This document shows positions 28,458 through 37,618 of a stretch of DNA of 54,423 bases, one piece after another (the stretch's first letter is position 1; each line of letters opens with the position of its first letter). Position numbers and translations under genes: made by a program. This DNA comes from an uncultured Bacteroidales bacterium. GTDB lineage: Bacteria > Bacteroidota > Bacteroidia > Bacteroidales > UBA4417. The stretch spans positions 1 through 54,423 of the forward strand of contig CAIJPI010000111.1 of assembly GCA_903822525.1 (NCBI GenBank). Direction: 5' to 3'. Below the pieces are notes generated by a model, which did no database searches, had not been told where the DNA came from, and was given only the letters and a program-made list of their open reading frames with translations.

Positions 28458-29765
28458 TTGATTAAAAAAATATTAACAACACTGAAGATTGAAGCTCTCA
28501 ACCCCATGCAACTTGCATCTGTTGAAGCCATAAGTAAAAATAACGATGTTATTCTACTATCGCCTACCGGTTCAGGAAAAACCCTGGCGTTCCTGTTACC
28601 CGTTTTAAAAACGCTGGAAAAAGACAACGGCAATGTTCAGGCTCTGATTTTGACCCCATCGCGCGAATTAGCTTTACAGATAGAAGACGTTTTTAAATCA
28701 ATGAATACCGGGCTTAAGGTCAGTTGTTGCTATGGCGGCCATAAAATGAGCATTGAGAAGAATAATCTGAATGAACCTCCTGCCCTGCTTGTGGGTACAC
28801 CCGGCAGAATCCTTGATCATATACGGCGCGAAAATTTTGCCACCGATGGCATACATACCCTTATCCTGGATGAATTTGACAAATCGCTCGAACTAGGCTT
28901 CAGGGAAGAAATGGCATCCATTATAGGAACACTGAGTTCGGTAAAGAAGCGAATCCTGACTTCAGCCACTAAAGCACTTGAAATACCTGATTTCACAGGT
29001 ATAAGCGAAGCCTTTGTACTTGATTATCTCAGCGAAAATAAAGTCCTGGCAGGACTCAGATGTAATATTGTACGTTCCGACCATAAAGATAAACTATCTG
29101 CTTTATTCCAGTTGTTATGCCAGCTGGGTGGTGAGCAGACGCTTGTGTTCTGCAATCACAGGGACGCAGCGCAGCGTGTGAGCGATTCGCTTCACGACAG
29201 CAAAGTTGTAAATGAATATTTCCACGGAGGGCTGGAACAACATATACGCGAAAGGGTTCTGGGCAAATTCAGAAACGGCAGTTGCAATATCCTGATTTGC
29301 ACCGATCTGGCTTCGCGAGGGCTGGATATCCCTGATATCAAGCATGTTATACATTACCATTTGCCAGCTAACGAGGAAGGCTATATACACCGAAACGGGC
29401 GCACCGCACGCATGAATGCAGAAGGTGATTCGTACCTTATACTGAGTGCTGATGAATCGGTCCCTGCTTATATTAAGGAAGAGTTAAATATAATGGAGTT
29501 ACCCGATTCCAGGATATTGCCACCTAAACCGCAGTGGGGAACCATCTATATCGGCAAAGGGAAAAAAGACAAGCTAAACAAAGTTGATATTGTAGGTTTC
29601 CTGATGCAGAAAGGAAATCTTCAGAAAGAAGATATCGGATTAATAGAAGTGAAGGATTTCTTTTCGTATGTGGCTGTAAAACGGACCAAAATCAGGGAAT
29701 TGCTCAGGATAATACGCGATGAGAAAATCAAAAACAAGAAGACTGTAATTGAGGAATGTGACTAA
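28458..29765 (+). CDS. DEAD-box ATP-dependent RNA helicase with DbpA-like C-terminal RNA-binding domain
   Basis: Q-motif LNPMQ, motif I SPTGSGKT, motif II DEFD, motif III TSAT, motif VI HRNGRTAR. The C-terminus (VDIVGFLMQKGNL..EDIGLIEVKDFFSYVAV) is DbpA-like. The longest ORF starts at 28374; TTG at 28458 is preferred because of the -7 box. Confidence 0.85.
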   Translation: MIKKILTTLKIEALNPMQLASVEAISKNNDVILLSPTGSGKTLAFLLPVLKTLEKDNGNVQALILTPSRELALQIEDVFKSMNTGLKVSCCYGGHKMSIEKNNLNEPPALLVGTPGRILDHIRRENFATDGIHTLILDEFDKSLELGFREEMASIIGTLSSVKKRILTSATKALEIPDFTGISEAFVLDYLSENKVLAGLRCNIVRSDHKDKLSALFQLLCQLGGEQTLVFCNHRDAAQRVSDSLHDSKVVNEYFHGGLEQHIRERVLGKFRNGSCNILICTDLASRGLDIPDIKHVIHYHLPANEEGYIHRNGRTARMNAEGDSYLILSADESVPAYIKEELNIMELPDSRILPPKPQWGTIYIGKGKKDKLNKVDIVGFLMQKGNLQKEDIGLIEVKDFFSYVAVKRTKIRELLRIIRDEKIKNKKTVIEECD

Positions 29766-29804
29766 GAAACAGCAAGAGAGGTCAGGCTATTCTTTTATTT
29801 TATA

Positions 29805-30022
29805 GGTTCTACTACGAATTTAAGGGAAATAGTTTTTAAAAGGATGGAAGTCCGAAGACCAAAGAAAGTATCAATTTGGAATTGGTCCTATTGAAAGTTA
29901 ACATGTATACAAATGCAATGGGTCAACAAATCCCAATTTAAGGATAAATGAAGTTTCCAGTTAAACTTCCGACTTCTGGCTTCCAACAAAATATTTTTAC
30001 CCACTAAATTAGCAGTAGAACC
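29805..30022 (+). mobile_element. 218-bp MITE-like non-autonomous element, copy 2
   Basis: Same element and orientation as 5910..6127, with 6 substitutions. Perfect 8-bp flanking duplication ATTTTATA at 29797..29804 and 30023..30030. Confidence 0.85.
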
Positions 30023-30025
30023 ATT

Positions 30026-31192
30026 TTATACAACATATTCATTCAGGTCCGACATCAGAATCCTTTCCAGTTCCTGCATATTCTGTTTCCTGGTTTCACA
30101 GAACAAAAAACCGAACAGCGGGAATTTCGCATAGTCGGCTTTACGCAGTTCAAGCGGATTTTCGAAATCAGAAAGCAGTTTCTCATAATTAAATGATATA
30201 ATATTTCTGCCCTCGATACCGGTACTGTTATTCAAAACAATATTGCTATAAATGAAACCATCCTTATTTTCGAGTATCGAATTCCAATCAGGTTCCTGCT
30301 GCCGGAACAAATATTCATAGAGGTTAATGCCGAAGGCATGCCAGGCCAGGTCAGGAGTTGAACACCATCCGCCAAAACGCAGGGGATTAACTTCGATGGG
30401 AGCAACAATGCCATTATCATCAATACGCACCTCTACATGTGCCGGAAAATTTCGGAGGTCAGCCCTTTTACCTATTTCGGAAAGGAAGCTGGTAATTGGA
30501 TTTCGGAATGTCTGTATGATTTCTTTCGATGTAATATAAACCCTGTCATTCACATCCTTTCCTGACGAAAAAATGTGCTTCATAATATTGAGTATTACAG
30601 GTTTCCCAGCTTCGTTGAAGTAACAATCAATGGCAAATTCATCCCCACAAATACATTCTTCTATAATAAATTCGCCGGTATTCAGCACATCGGGCGGATA
30701 AAGGTTTTTGATAAGCTCAATTTCTCTTTTAATCGTACCAACCGTTTCCATCCAATCGCCAGGAGTTTCCACTTTATACACGCCCAGGCTGAAGAAACCG
30801 ACGGCTGGCTTTATGATAAAAGGAAAAGGAAAGTCTTTTATATCGAGATTTTCAATGGATTCGAAGTTAACGCCTTTATAAAAATACAATGGATATAAAT
30901 CCCTTAGCATATTACGGAAAAGGATCTTATTCTTAAACAGCTTTATTTTTTTAGGCAAACCGGTATGCTGCAGGTTTTTTTCTATCCAGCTTATTGAATT
31001 TTCGGAATTGGTGTAGAGCATGCAATTTCCATCTTGGGAAATGTTGTTGATTGCCTGTTCCGTTGTGAGAAAGGATAGATTTTTTGAAGATGTAACTGCT
31101 TCGTCACCAGCATTGTTTATAACGGGTATTGCGTTTGCCTGGAGCGTATTAAGTAGAAATTCGGAAATGTACGGTTTATCCAGGATGATCAT
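30026..31192 (-). CDS. ATP-grasp domain protein (unknown ligase)
   Basis: 388 aa. FPFIIKPAVGFFSLGVYKV, GEFIIEECICGDEFAIDCYF and PAHVEVRIDDNGIVAPIEVNPLRFGG are arranged like ATP-grasp B/C subdomains. Confidence 0.7.
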   Translation of the reverse strand: MIILDKPYISEFLLNTLQANAIPVINNAGDEAVTSSKNLSFLTTEQAINNISQDGNCMLYTNSENSISWIEKNLQHTGLPKKIKLFKNKILFRNMLRDLYPLYFYKGVNFESIENLDIKDFPFPFIIKPAVGFFSLGVYKVETPGDWMETVGTIKREIELIKNLYPPDVLNTGEFIIEECICGDEFAIDCYFNEAGKPVILNIMKHIFSSGKDVNDRVYITSKEIIQTFRNPITSFLSEIGKRADLRNFPAHVEVRIDDNGIVAPIEVNPLRFGGWCSTPDLAWHAFGINLYEYLFRQQEPDWNSILENKDGFIYSNIVLNNSTGIEGRNIISFNYEKLLSDFENPLELRKADYAKFPLFGFLFCETRKQNMQELERILMSDLNEYVV

Positions 31193-31334
31193 TTGAGATA
31201 ATTTGCATTTAAGTTTTTGATTGAGAATCCAGGAAAAAGCAATGAGATCAATCTTTTGGAGTTTCTGAACCGACTGTCAACAGTACTATATCTGATTTCA
31301 TGCTTCACGACCAGGAAGGCCTGGTTCAGGATTC

Positions 31335-33224
31335 TTACTTTTTTCCGGCTCTTTTATCAAGTTCTTCCCTTTTCAAGGTAATAAGGTGGCCTAAGGGTTT
31401 TCCGGTGCGATATGTGATAACCCGCAGAGTTATTGGACCTTCAGGAAGAACAACCGGCTGTGTGTACATGCTTGTGAAATTATCGGGCATGGCATCATCG
31501 ATAGTATAATAAATTTCCATACCAGGGGCTTCCGTTTCCATTGTCAATAAAAGTTTACCATCCTGCAGACTGGTTTTGATTATGGGATCATAAATAGCTT
31601 TTGAGTAGTTAACCCCAGCCAAATCAGAACGGTCAAACTTGTTTTCAACCCGCAAAATAAAATCATCCCATTTTTTATTTTCTTTCGGTGACCAATATAC
31701 CTCTGAAAGAGCCCAGGCGCGCGGAAATAGCATATATTGGGCATACCTAAGGGTAGGAATCTGCTCGGTCCAAAGGTTGCCTTGACCGCCCAGAATATAT
31801 TTCGGGTCCACTCCATCAGGAATCGGTTCATAGCTGTAACACTTTTTCAGTCGCAGACTTGCATAAATGGGCGGATCAATTGTTCGTTCGCCCTGCACAT
31901 AATCGAGGTAAGCAAAAGTGGTGGGTGTCATCACTACGTCGTGTCCCAGTTTGGCTGCTTCAATTCCACCTTTGATACCACGCCAGCTCATAACAGTTGC
32001 TTCGGGCGAGATGCCACCGTCGAGTATTTCGTCCCAGCCGATAAGTTTTTTTCCTTTCGATTTCAGGATTCCTTCAACCCTGTTCATAAAATATCCCTGC
32101 AGATCTTCCACATGCCTGATCCCCAGCTTTTGCATAAGAGCTTTACAGCCTTCATCTTCAGCCCAATATCCTTTATAGCATTCGTCGCCTCCAACATGAA
32201 TATACTGACCCGGGAAAAGTGCTGCTACTTCAGTAAATACCTTATCGAGAAAAGCATACACGTTTTCATCAGAAGGATTAAGGGCATTCTCGATATTCGC
32301 CCTGAATGTATTATTGCCATACCAGTCAACAAAATTGCTTCCGGGACTCACACGGGTGGTGGTATCCTTTTTACAGCTCAGTTCAGGATAAGATGCAATG
32401 GCAGCCATGCTGTGCCCTGGAACATCAATTTCGGGTACTATTGTAATGTTGCGTTCCGCTGCATAGTTTACGACCTCCCTGATATCGGCCTGTGTATAAA
32501 AACCACCATCAGTGGCTGGTTCGCCGGCCTTAGGGTGATCACGGTCGCCAAAATGGCCATAGCGCTGTACTCGCCAGGCACCAATTTCGGTGAGTTTGGG
32601 TAATGAATTGATTTGGATGCGCCAACCTTCATCATCAGTAAGGTGCCAGTGAAAGACATTGAATTTCAGAGACGCCATTTCGTCAATAAATTTCATAACA
32701 TCTTGTTTCACAAAAAAATGACGACTTACATCAAGCATCAATCCGCGCCAGGCGAAACGGGGGTAATCTTTAACTGACACAGCAGGAATAGGCCATTTCA
32801 TATTAACAACAACCTTGCTTTCGATTTCTTTGGGCAGAAGTTGAATTAACGTCTGTATGCCATAAAATAATCCCGAATTCTGGTTTGCAGTGATTGTAAT
32901 ACCCTTGGGTGTAGACACGAGGGTATACCCTTCATTTCCCAGCTGCTGATCAGGAACAGTATTGAGTTTCAGTAAGATTGATCCTTTAGCACCAAGACTC
33001 GATTTCAGCATAAATCCAGTAGCTGTTTTTAGTCTTTGAACCAACGCATCTGCTATATATCGGCTTTCGGTTTTATTAAAAACAACCGTAGCTGCTTTTG
33101 TTAAATTAAATGATCCATTGCCCAGTTTTACTTCAACCGGCTGAGGAATAAGATTTAAAGGACGAATTTGTGCCTGGGCCGAATAAATAGCTAACAGAAA
33201 CAGCAGAAAAAATATATGTTTCAT
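31335..33224 (-). CDS. GH20 beta-N-acetylhexosaminidase
   Basis: 629 aa with a signal peptide. RGLMLDVSRHF, FNVFHWHLTDDEGWR, IHVGGDE catalytic motifs. Confidence 0.9.
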   Translation of the reverse strand: MKHIFFLLFLLAIYSAQAQIRPLNLIPQPVEVKLGNGSFNLTKAATVVFNKTESRYIADALVQRLKTATGFMLKSSLGAKGSILLKLNTVPDQQLGNEGYTLVSTPKGITITANQNSGLFYGIQTLIQLLPKEIESKVVVNMKWPIPAVSVKDYPRFAWRGLMLDVSRHFFVKQDVMKFIDEMASLKFNVFHWHLTDDEGWRIQINSLPKLTEIGAWRVQRYGHFGDRDHPKAGEPATDGGFYTQADIREVVNYAAERNITIVPEIDVPGHSMAAIASYPELSCKKDTTTRVSPGSNFVDWYGNNTFRANIENALNPSDENVYAFLDKVFTEVAALFPGQYIHVGGDECYKGYWAEDEGCKALMQKLGIRHVEDLQGYFMNRVEGILKSKGKKLIGWDEILDGGISPEATVMSWRGIKGGIEAAKLGHDVVMTPTTFAYLDYVQGERTIDPPIYASLRLKKCYSYEPIPDGVDPKYILGGQGNLWTEQIPTLRYAQYMLFPRAWALSEVYWSPKENKKWDDFILRVENKFDRSDLAGVNYSKAIYDPIIKTSLQDGKLLLTMETEAPGMEIYYTIDDAMPDNFTSMYTQPVVLPEGPITLRVITYRTGKPLGHLITLKREELDKRAGKK

Positions 33225-33320
33225 ACGTGAAGGTGTTTTAGATGGGCAGTATATGATCTTTAATGTGAAAAATGTTTCAGCAAATATAAGAATAGGCAGT
33301 CAGGAAATTGTACACTTCAA

Positions 33321-34343
33321 TTAATTATCTTTCTTCAGGAGTTTTTCAAAGCCTTTGGTACAGTATGTTTTCATGCTGCTGTCGGGAGCAGAATAAATAA
33401 AATATGCTTCAAGTCCCTTGCTGTGTTTCAGGAACTCCTTTCCTTTTTCAACACCCATTACCATAAGGGCTGTTGCGTACGCATCAGCAGTCATACAATC
33501 ACTGGCCATAACCGATACACTCAGCAAAGAGTGAACTACAGGATAACCACTTGCCGGATCGATGGTATGCGAATAGCGGATTCCATTTTCTTCGTAGAAC
33601 TTTCGGTAGCTGCCTGATGTTGAAATGGCCATATCCTGCAGCATAACCACTGCCTGAACAGTTCGTTCGTCATCGGCTTGCCGGGTTGGCATTTCGATGG
33701 CAACACTCCATTTTTCACCTCCCGGTTTTGAACGCCTGGCCAGGACTTCGCCCCCAATGTCTATTATATACGATTGAATTCCTTTCGAATCGAGAAATGC
33801 GCTTACAACATCCACAGCATAGCCTTGTGCAATGGCATTGAAGTCGATACGGATGCGGGGATCGGTTTTTAGCAGCTTCCCATTATTGAGTTTTACCTTA
33901 TGATACCCGACTAATGGCTTAAGACTGTCGACTATATGCTGATCCATTTTCAAGCGGTTCGATAATCCAAACCCCCATGCATTTACCAACGGACCTACTG
34001 TGATATCAAATGCCCCGTAGGTTTTTTCGGATACCTCCATCGATTTCCGGAAAATAATGCCAAACATTTCATCAGCCCTTGCATGAGGATCATTATTATT
34101 TAAGCGGGAGATGATAGAGTTTGGCTTATAGGTGGAAGCGGTAGAATCGAATCTGTGTAGCAGAGAATCAATAGCCGGATGCAGCGAAATGCTGTCATCA
34201 GCATAGTATGTAATTGCATAATACGTTCCCTGTGTTTCACCTGCAATTTTAAGCAATACAGGCTCTTTCGGCTGGCGACATGATGATAACAGCAGTACAC
34301 AAACAATTGTAAAAAGATAATTTACCCGGATAAATAATTGCAT
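33321..34343 (-). CDS. apbE: FAD:protein FMN transferase (ApbE family lipoprotein)
   Basis: 340 aa. Lipobox LLSSC. FDITVGPLVNAWGFG, AIAQGYAVD, ISTSGSYRKF, YSHTIDP motifs. Confidence 0.88.
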   Translation of the reverse strand: MQLFIRVNYLFTIVCVLLLSSCRQPKEPVLLKIAGETQGTYYAITYYADDSISLHPAIDSLLHRFDSTASTYKPNSIISRLNNNDPHARADEMFGIIFRKSMEVSEKTYGAFDITVGPLVNAWGFGLSNRLKMDQHIVDSLKPLVGYHKVKLNNGKLLKTDPRIRIDFNAIAQGYAVDVVSAFLDSKGIQSYIIDIGGEVLARRSKPGGEKWSVAIEMPTRQADDERTVQAVVMLQDMAISTSGSYRKFYEENGIRYSHTIDPASGYPVVHSLLSVSVMASDCMTADAYATALMVMGVEKGKEFLKHSKGLEAYFIYSAPDSSMKTYCTKGFEKLLKKDN

Positions 34344-34645
34344 GTTGAAATAATAAACAGAGTTAAATTAAGAGTAGTTCAGAAGAGCGAAAATAACAAA
34401 AAACATGGCTACAGACCCAGAGAATTCAATTAATACTTTAAATTTTCAGGAAGACTTCGTTTGTGCATAATCTTTAAGGTGGTCCTGGACCAAAACCATA
34501 ATGGATGCCTGCTAATCCGGAACCTGTTTTTACAAAAACAGCAGCTTTTGAAACAGAAGGCGCACAATTGTATTGTTAGTAAATAATAATTCATCATCAT
34601 TCGTGTTATTAAGCAGCATACACGCTTATAATTTACATTTGCAGA

Positions 34646-36007
34646 ATGAAACTTCTCATTCCTGAAGCCTGGACAAGGCGTATTTGCCTTAAAACCGGTT
34701 TTTTACTCCTTCTGATTTTATCCATGACGCATTACTCGTATGGAGTAACCTGTTACAGTGCTCCGGATACTGCAGATTTTTATTCAGAAAGTTTTGTTCG
34801 GAACGATAACTTTGTGTACCAGAAATACATACAGGCCGTTGAGCTCTCGAGGGTGGGCTTTGAGCTTGCTGATCCGATAATTACATTGAACAGCGACGAG
34901 CAGTTTCGAGCCGGCTTCGATGATCTGCAGGGAAGTTTCAAACAGTATTTCTACCAGGTTCAGCACTGTGATGCAGACTGGGAAAAATCGGCCCTCTGGA
35001 CGAATGAGTATATAGAGGGAATAGATGAAGGTCAGGTTGAAAAATTTGAAACCTCGTTCAATACCCGCACCAGCTATACTCACTACGAATTTCAATTCCC
35101 GGATGAACGTTTCAAAATAACCAAATCAGGGAATTATATTTTAAGAGTTTTCTCCCGCAACCCTGAAGGAAGTGAGATTAATGCATTTACCCGAAGGTTC
35201 CTGGTTGTTGACCCTAAGGTCTCAGTTAATGGAAGCATTGGCCGCGCAGGAACCTCTGAGGAATACGAAACCCATCAGGAAGTGGACTTTACTATACATA
35301 CTGCAGGATTCCGAATTGACTCACCCTACCAGGATATAAAAGTTGTGATTTTACAGAACTGGCGCTGGGATAATGCACTCACCACACTTAAGCCTTATAT
35401 GGTGAGGAATGAAGTGCTGGATTACAATTTCGATAATGGGACCAACCAGTTTGATGGCTTAAACGAATTCAGGAGATTTGATCTGAAGAGCATGAAATTT
35501 CTTTCGGAGAGAGTCCGGGAGATCACCTATGATGACACCATGTTTTACGCCAAACTTTGGGATAGCCCAAAGCGCACGTATAAAGAATATACCATAGATG
35601 ATGATATTAACGGGAAGTTCCTTCTTAAAACAGAAGATGAGCCTTCTGTTTCAAATTACGGTGAATATGCATACGTAAAATTTTTTCTTCCTTATGAAGC
35701 ACCTGTTGTTGAAGGAAATCTATATGTAGCCGGGGGGTTTAACTGCTGGCAATATTGCCCTGAAAATAAAATGCAGTACAACTACCGCCGCAAAGGATAT
35801 GAAGCAAGCATCTTATTCAAACAGGGCTATTACAACTATTTATATGTAATGCTCCCTAACAATTCGAAAACAGGTGATGCAAGCTGGGTTGAGGGCAATC
35901 ACTCGGAAACCCGTAACGGATATACTATACTGGTATATCACCGGTCGCGAGGGGAATTATATGATGAACTGATAGCAACGGGGAGTTTTGAAAGCGGGAA
36001 AAAGTAA
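34646..36007 (+). CDS. DUF5103-like protein (family of the T9SS SprA-associated plug protein)
   Basis: 453 aa. PIITLNSDEQFRAGFDDL...YFYQVQHCDADWEKSALWTNEYIEG...SFNTRTSYTHYEFQFPD and C-terminal GYYNYLYV...EGNHSETRNGYTILVYHR match my memory of DUF5103 sequences. Confidence 0.55.
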   Translation: MKLLIPEAWTRRICLKTGFLLLLILSMTHYSYGVTCYSAPDTADFYSESFVRNDNFVYQKYIQAVELSRVGFELADPIITLNSDEQFRAGFDDLQGSFKQYFYQVQHCDADWEKSALWTNEYIEGIDEGQVEKFETSFNTRTSYTHYEFQFPDERFKITKSGNYILRVFSRNPEGSEINAFTRRFLVVDPKVSVNGSIGRAGTSEEYETHQEVDFTIHTAGFRIDSPYQDIKVVILQNWRWDNALTTLKPYMVRNEVLDYNFDNGTNQFDGLNEFRRFDLKSMKFLSERVREITYDDTMFYAKLWDSPKRTYKEYTIDDDINGKFLLKTEDEPSVSNYGEYAYVKFFLPYEAPVVEGNLYVAGGFNCWQYCPENKMQYNYRRKGYEASILFKQGYYNYLYVMLPNNSKTGDASWVEGNHSETRNGYTILVYHRSRGELYDELIATGSFESGKK

Positions 36008-36034
36008 TCCCTATAGAGTGCTTTCAGATTTCAA

Positions 36035-36913
36035 TTAACCGATAAAGCGCAGGAATGTTCCGAGCGGCAGTTTTTTCCCAAAGCTGTCAGCAAGATACAA
36101 TTCGCCGAATTCGTTATCTAAGCCCCTGTTAAAGTAACTGTTGACCAGATTATTCCCAACCAGGGCTGAAAACCCTATCGAATACATGTTCAGGATCAGG
36201 AAATTATTTTTGGGCAGCAGCAGTTTGCTGCACAGCATAATCATTTCGTTGAGGTTATCGTCGAGAATCCACTTTTCGCCGTCAGCACCCCTGCCATAAG
36301 CCGGGGGGTCGAGTATGATACCGGAATATGTATTCCCCCTGCGAACTTCGCGCTGCACAAATTTAAGGGCATCTTCAACAACCCAGCGTATATCGGTAAG
36401 CTGGCTGTGCTCCATATTTTCACGAGCCCAGCTGATAACCGGCTTCACCGAATCGACATGCACAACCTCAGCTCCTGCCGCCCGCGCTGCCAGCGAAGCC
36501 GCCCCTGTGTATGCAAAAAGGTTCAGCACTTTCGGATGCTGCTCTTTTGAAGACGTAACGGCATCATAAATATAATCCCAGTTTGGTGCCTGTTCGGGAA
36601 AAACACCAATATGGCGGAAGGATGTAAGGCCTAACCTTACACTAAAATTCATTTTTTTATACGAATAGCTTATACGCCATTGTTCAGGCATGCCTTTCTT
36701 TAGTATCCAACGGCCTTTCTCAGTATCATTTTTCTCCAGTTTGAAAGCGGCTGATGACATGCCATCCCATTCCTTTTCGCTCATCGACCGGTTCCAGATT
36801 GCCTGTGGTTCGGGACGGATAAGGACGTACTGGCCGAAACGTTCCAGTTTTTCGAAATTACCCGAATCAATAAGCTCATAATCAGTAAACTGCAATGGAG
36901 AGAGGAGTTTCAT
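36035..36913 (-). CDS. class I SAM-dependent methyltransferase (RlmI/YwbD-like, no PUA domain)
   Basis: 292 aa. Motif I LNLFAYTGAASLA and motif IV ILDPPAYG. Confidence 0.75.
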   Translation of the reverse strand: MKLLSPLQFTDYELIDSGNFEKLERFGQYVLIRPEPQAIWNRSMSEKEWDGMSSAAFKLEKNDTEKGRWILKKGMPEQWRISYSYKKMNFSVRLGLTSFRHIGVFPEQAPNWDYIYDAVTSSKEQHPKVLNLFAYTGAASLAARAAGAEVVHVDSVKPVISWARENMEHSQLTDIRWVVEDALKFVQREVRRGNTYSGIILDPPAYGRGADGEKWILDDNLNEMIMLCSKLLLPKNNFLILNMYSIGFSALVGNNLVNSYFNRGLDNEFGELYLADSFGKKLPLGTFLRFIG

Positions 36914-37011
36914 AGACCGGTTTAATAATTGTAATGTTGTGTTATTTGTAAAACGAAATTGTTCTTATTACGTTTCTAATTTTTCCCTCTGAAAAAGGAA
37001 ACTTCAAGGAA

Positions 37012-37611
37012 CTATTTTTCAGATTCCTTAAAACGAAGGTTGAATTTCTCAGGAAATTTCGCACTTATATCAGCGTAAAATGCTTCTATTATCTTTAAAT
37101 CCGCATCGTAATCCCCGGTTGGAGTCAGGATTCCGCCAATCCCACCGGTTTTCTTCTTATAATCAAGAAAACCAAAGGCAATAGGAACCTGAGCATGCAC
37201 TGCAATGTGATAAAACCCCCGTTTCCAGTTCGGGCTTAAGCTGCGGGTACCTTCGGGTGTGATGGTGATAACCAGTTTATCGGCTTTATCAAACATTTCA
37301 CTAACCTGTTGTACAATATTGGTACTGGCTTTCCGGTCGACAGGAATACCTCCCATAGCAGTTAGAATTTCCCCCAGTGGGAAGAAGAATGCTTCTTTTT
37401 TAACAAGGTACCTCGAATAAACACCTATTGACACATAACCTAACCATCCTATTACAAAATCCCAGTTGCTTGTATGAGGAGCCATCATAACCACAAATTT
37501 TTTGGTTTCAGGCGGAAATTTGATAATAACCTTCCATCCAAATAATGCAAGTACACTTTTAGCTAATCGTTGTTTCATCTTCATGCGTTCGGGTTGTTTA
37601 TTAGGACACAA
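37012..37611 (-). CDS. PlsC-family lysophospholipid acyltransferase
   Basis: 199 aa. HX4D motif HTSNWD and ITPEGTR. The start could instead be the in-frame ATG at 37584 or 37578 (MKMKQRL). Confidence 0.75.
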   Translation of the reverse strand: MCPNKQPERMKMKQRLAKSVLALFGWKVIIKFPPETKKFVVMMAPHTSNWDFVIGWLGYVSIGVYSRYLVKKEAFFFPLGEILTAMGGIPVDRKASTNIVQQVSEMFDKADKLVITITPEGTRSLSPNWKRGFYHIAVHAQVPIAFGFLDYKKKTGGIGGILTPTGDYDADLKIIEAFYADISAKFPEKFNLRFKESEK

Positions 37612-37618
37612 AGTAACA

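Noticed and set aside
31737-32603. 288-aa plus-strand ORF, the longest unannotated ORF in the track
   Set aside because: It lies wholly antisense inside the GH20 hexosaminidase gene, whose minus-strand product has unambiguous catalytic motifs. Its own translation is low-complexity (F/I/C/R-rich) with no motif. It is a shadow ORF.
34524-34541. Inverted repeat CTGTTTTT-ac-AAAAACAG in the apbE / plug-like divergent spacer
   Set aside because: The arms are low-complexity A/T runs, the 2-nt spacer cannot form a stable loop, and I found no second copy. It is possibly an operator, but that is not supportable from sequence alone.
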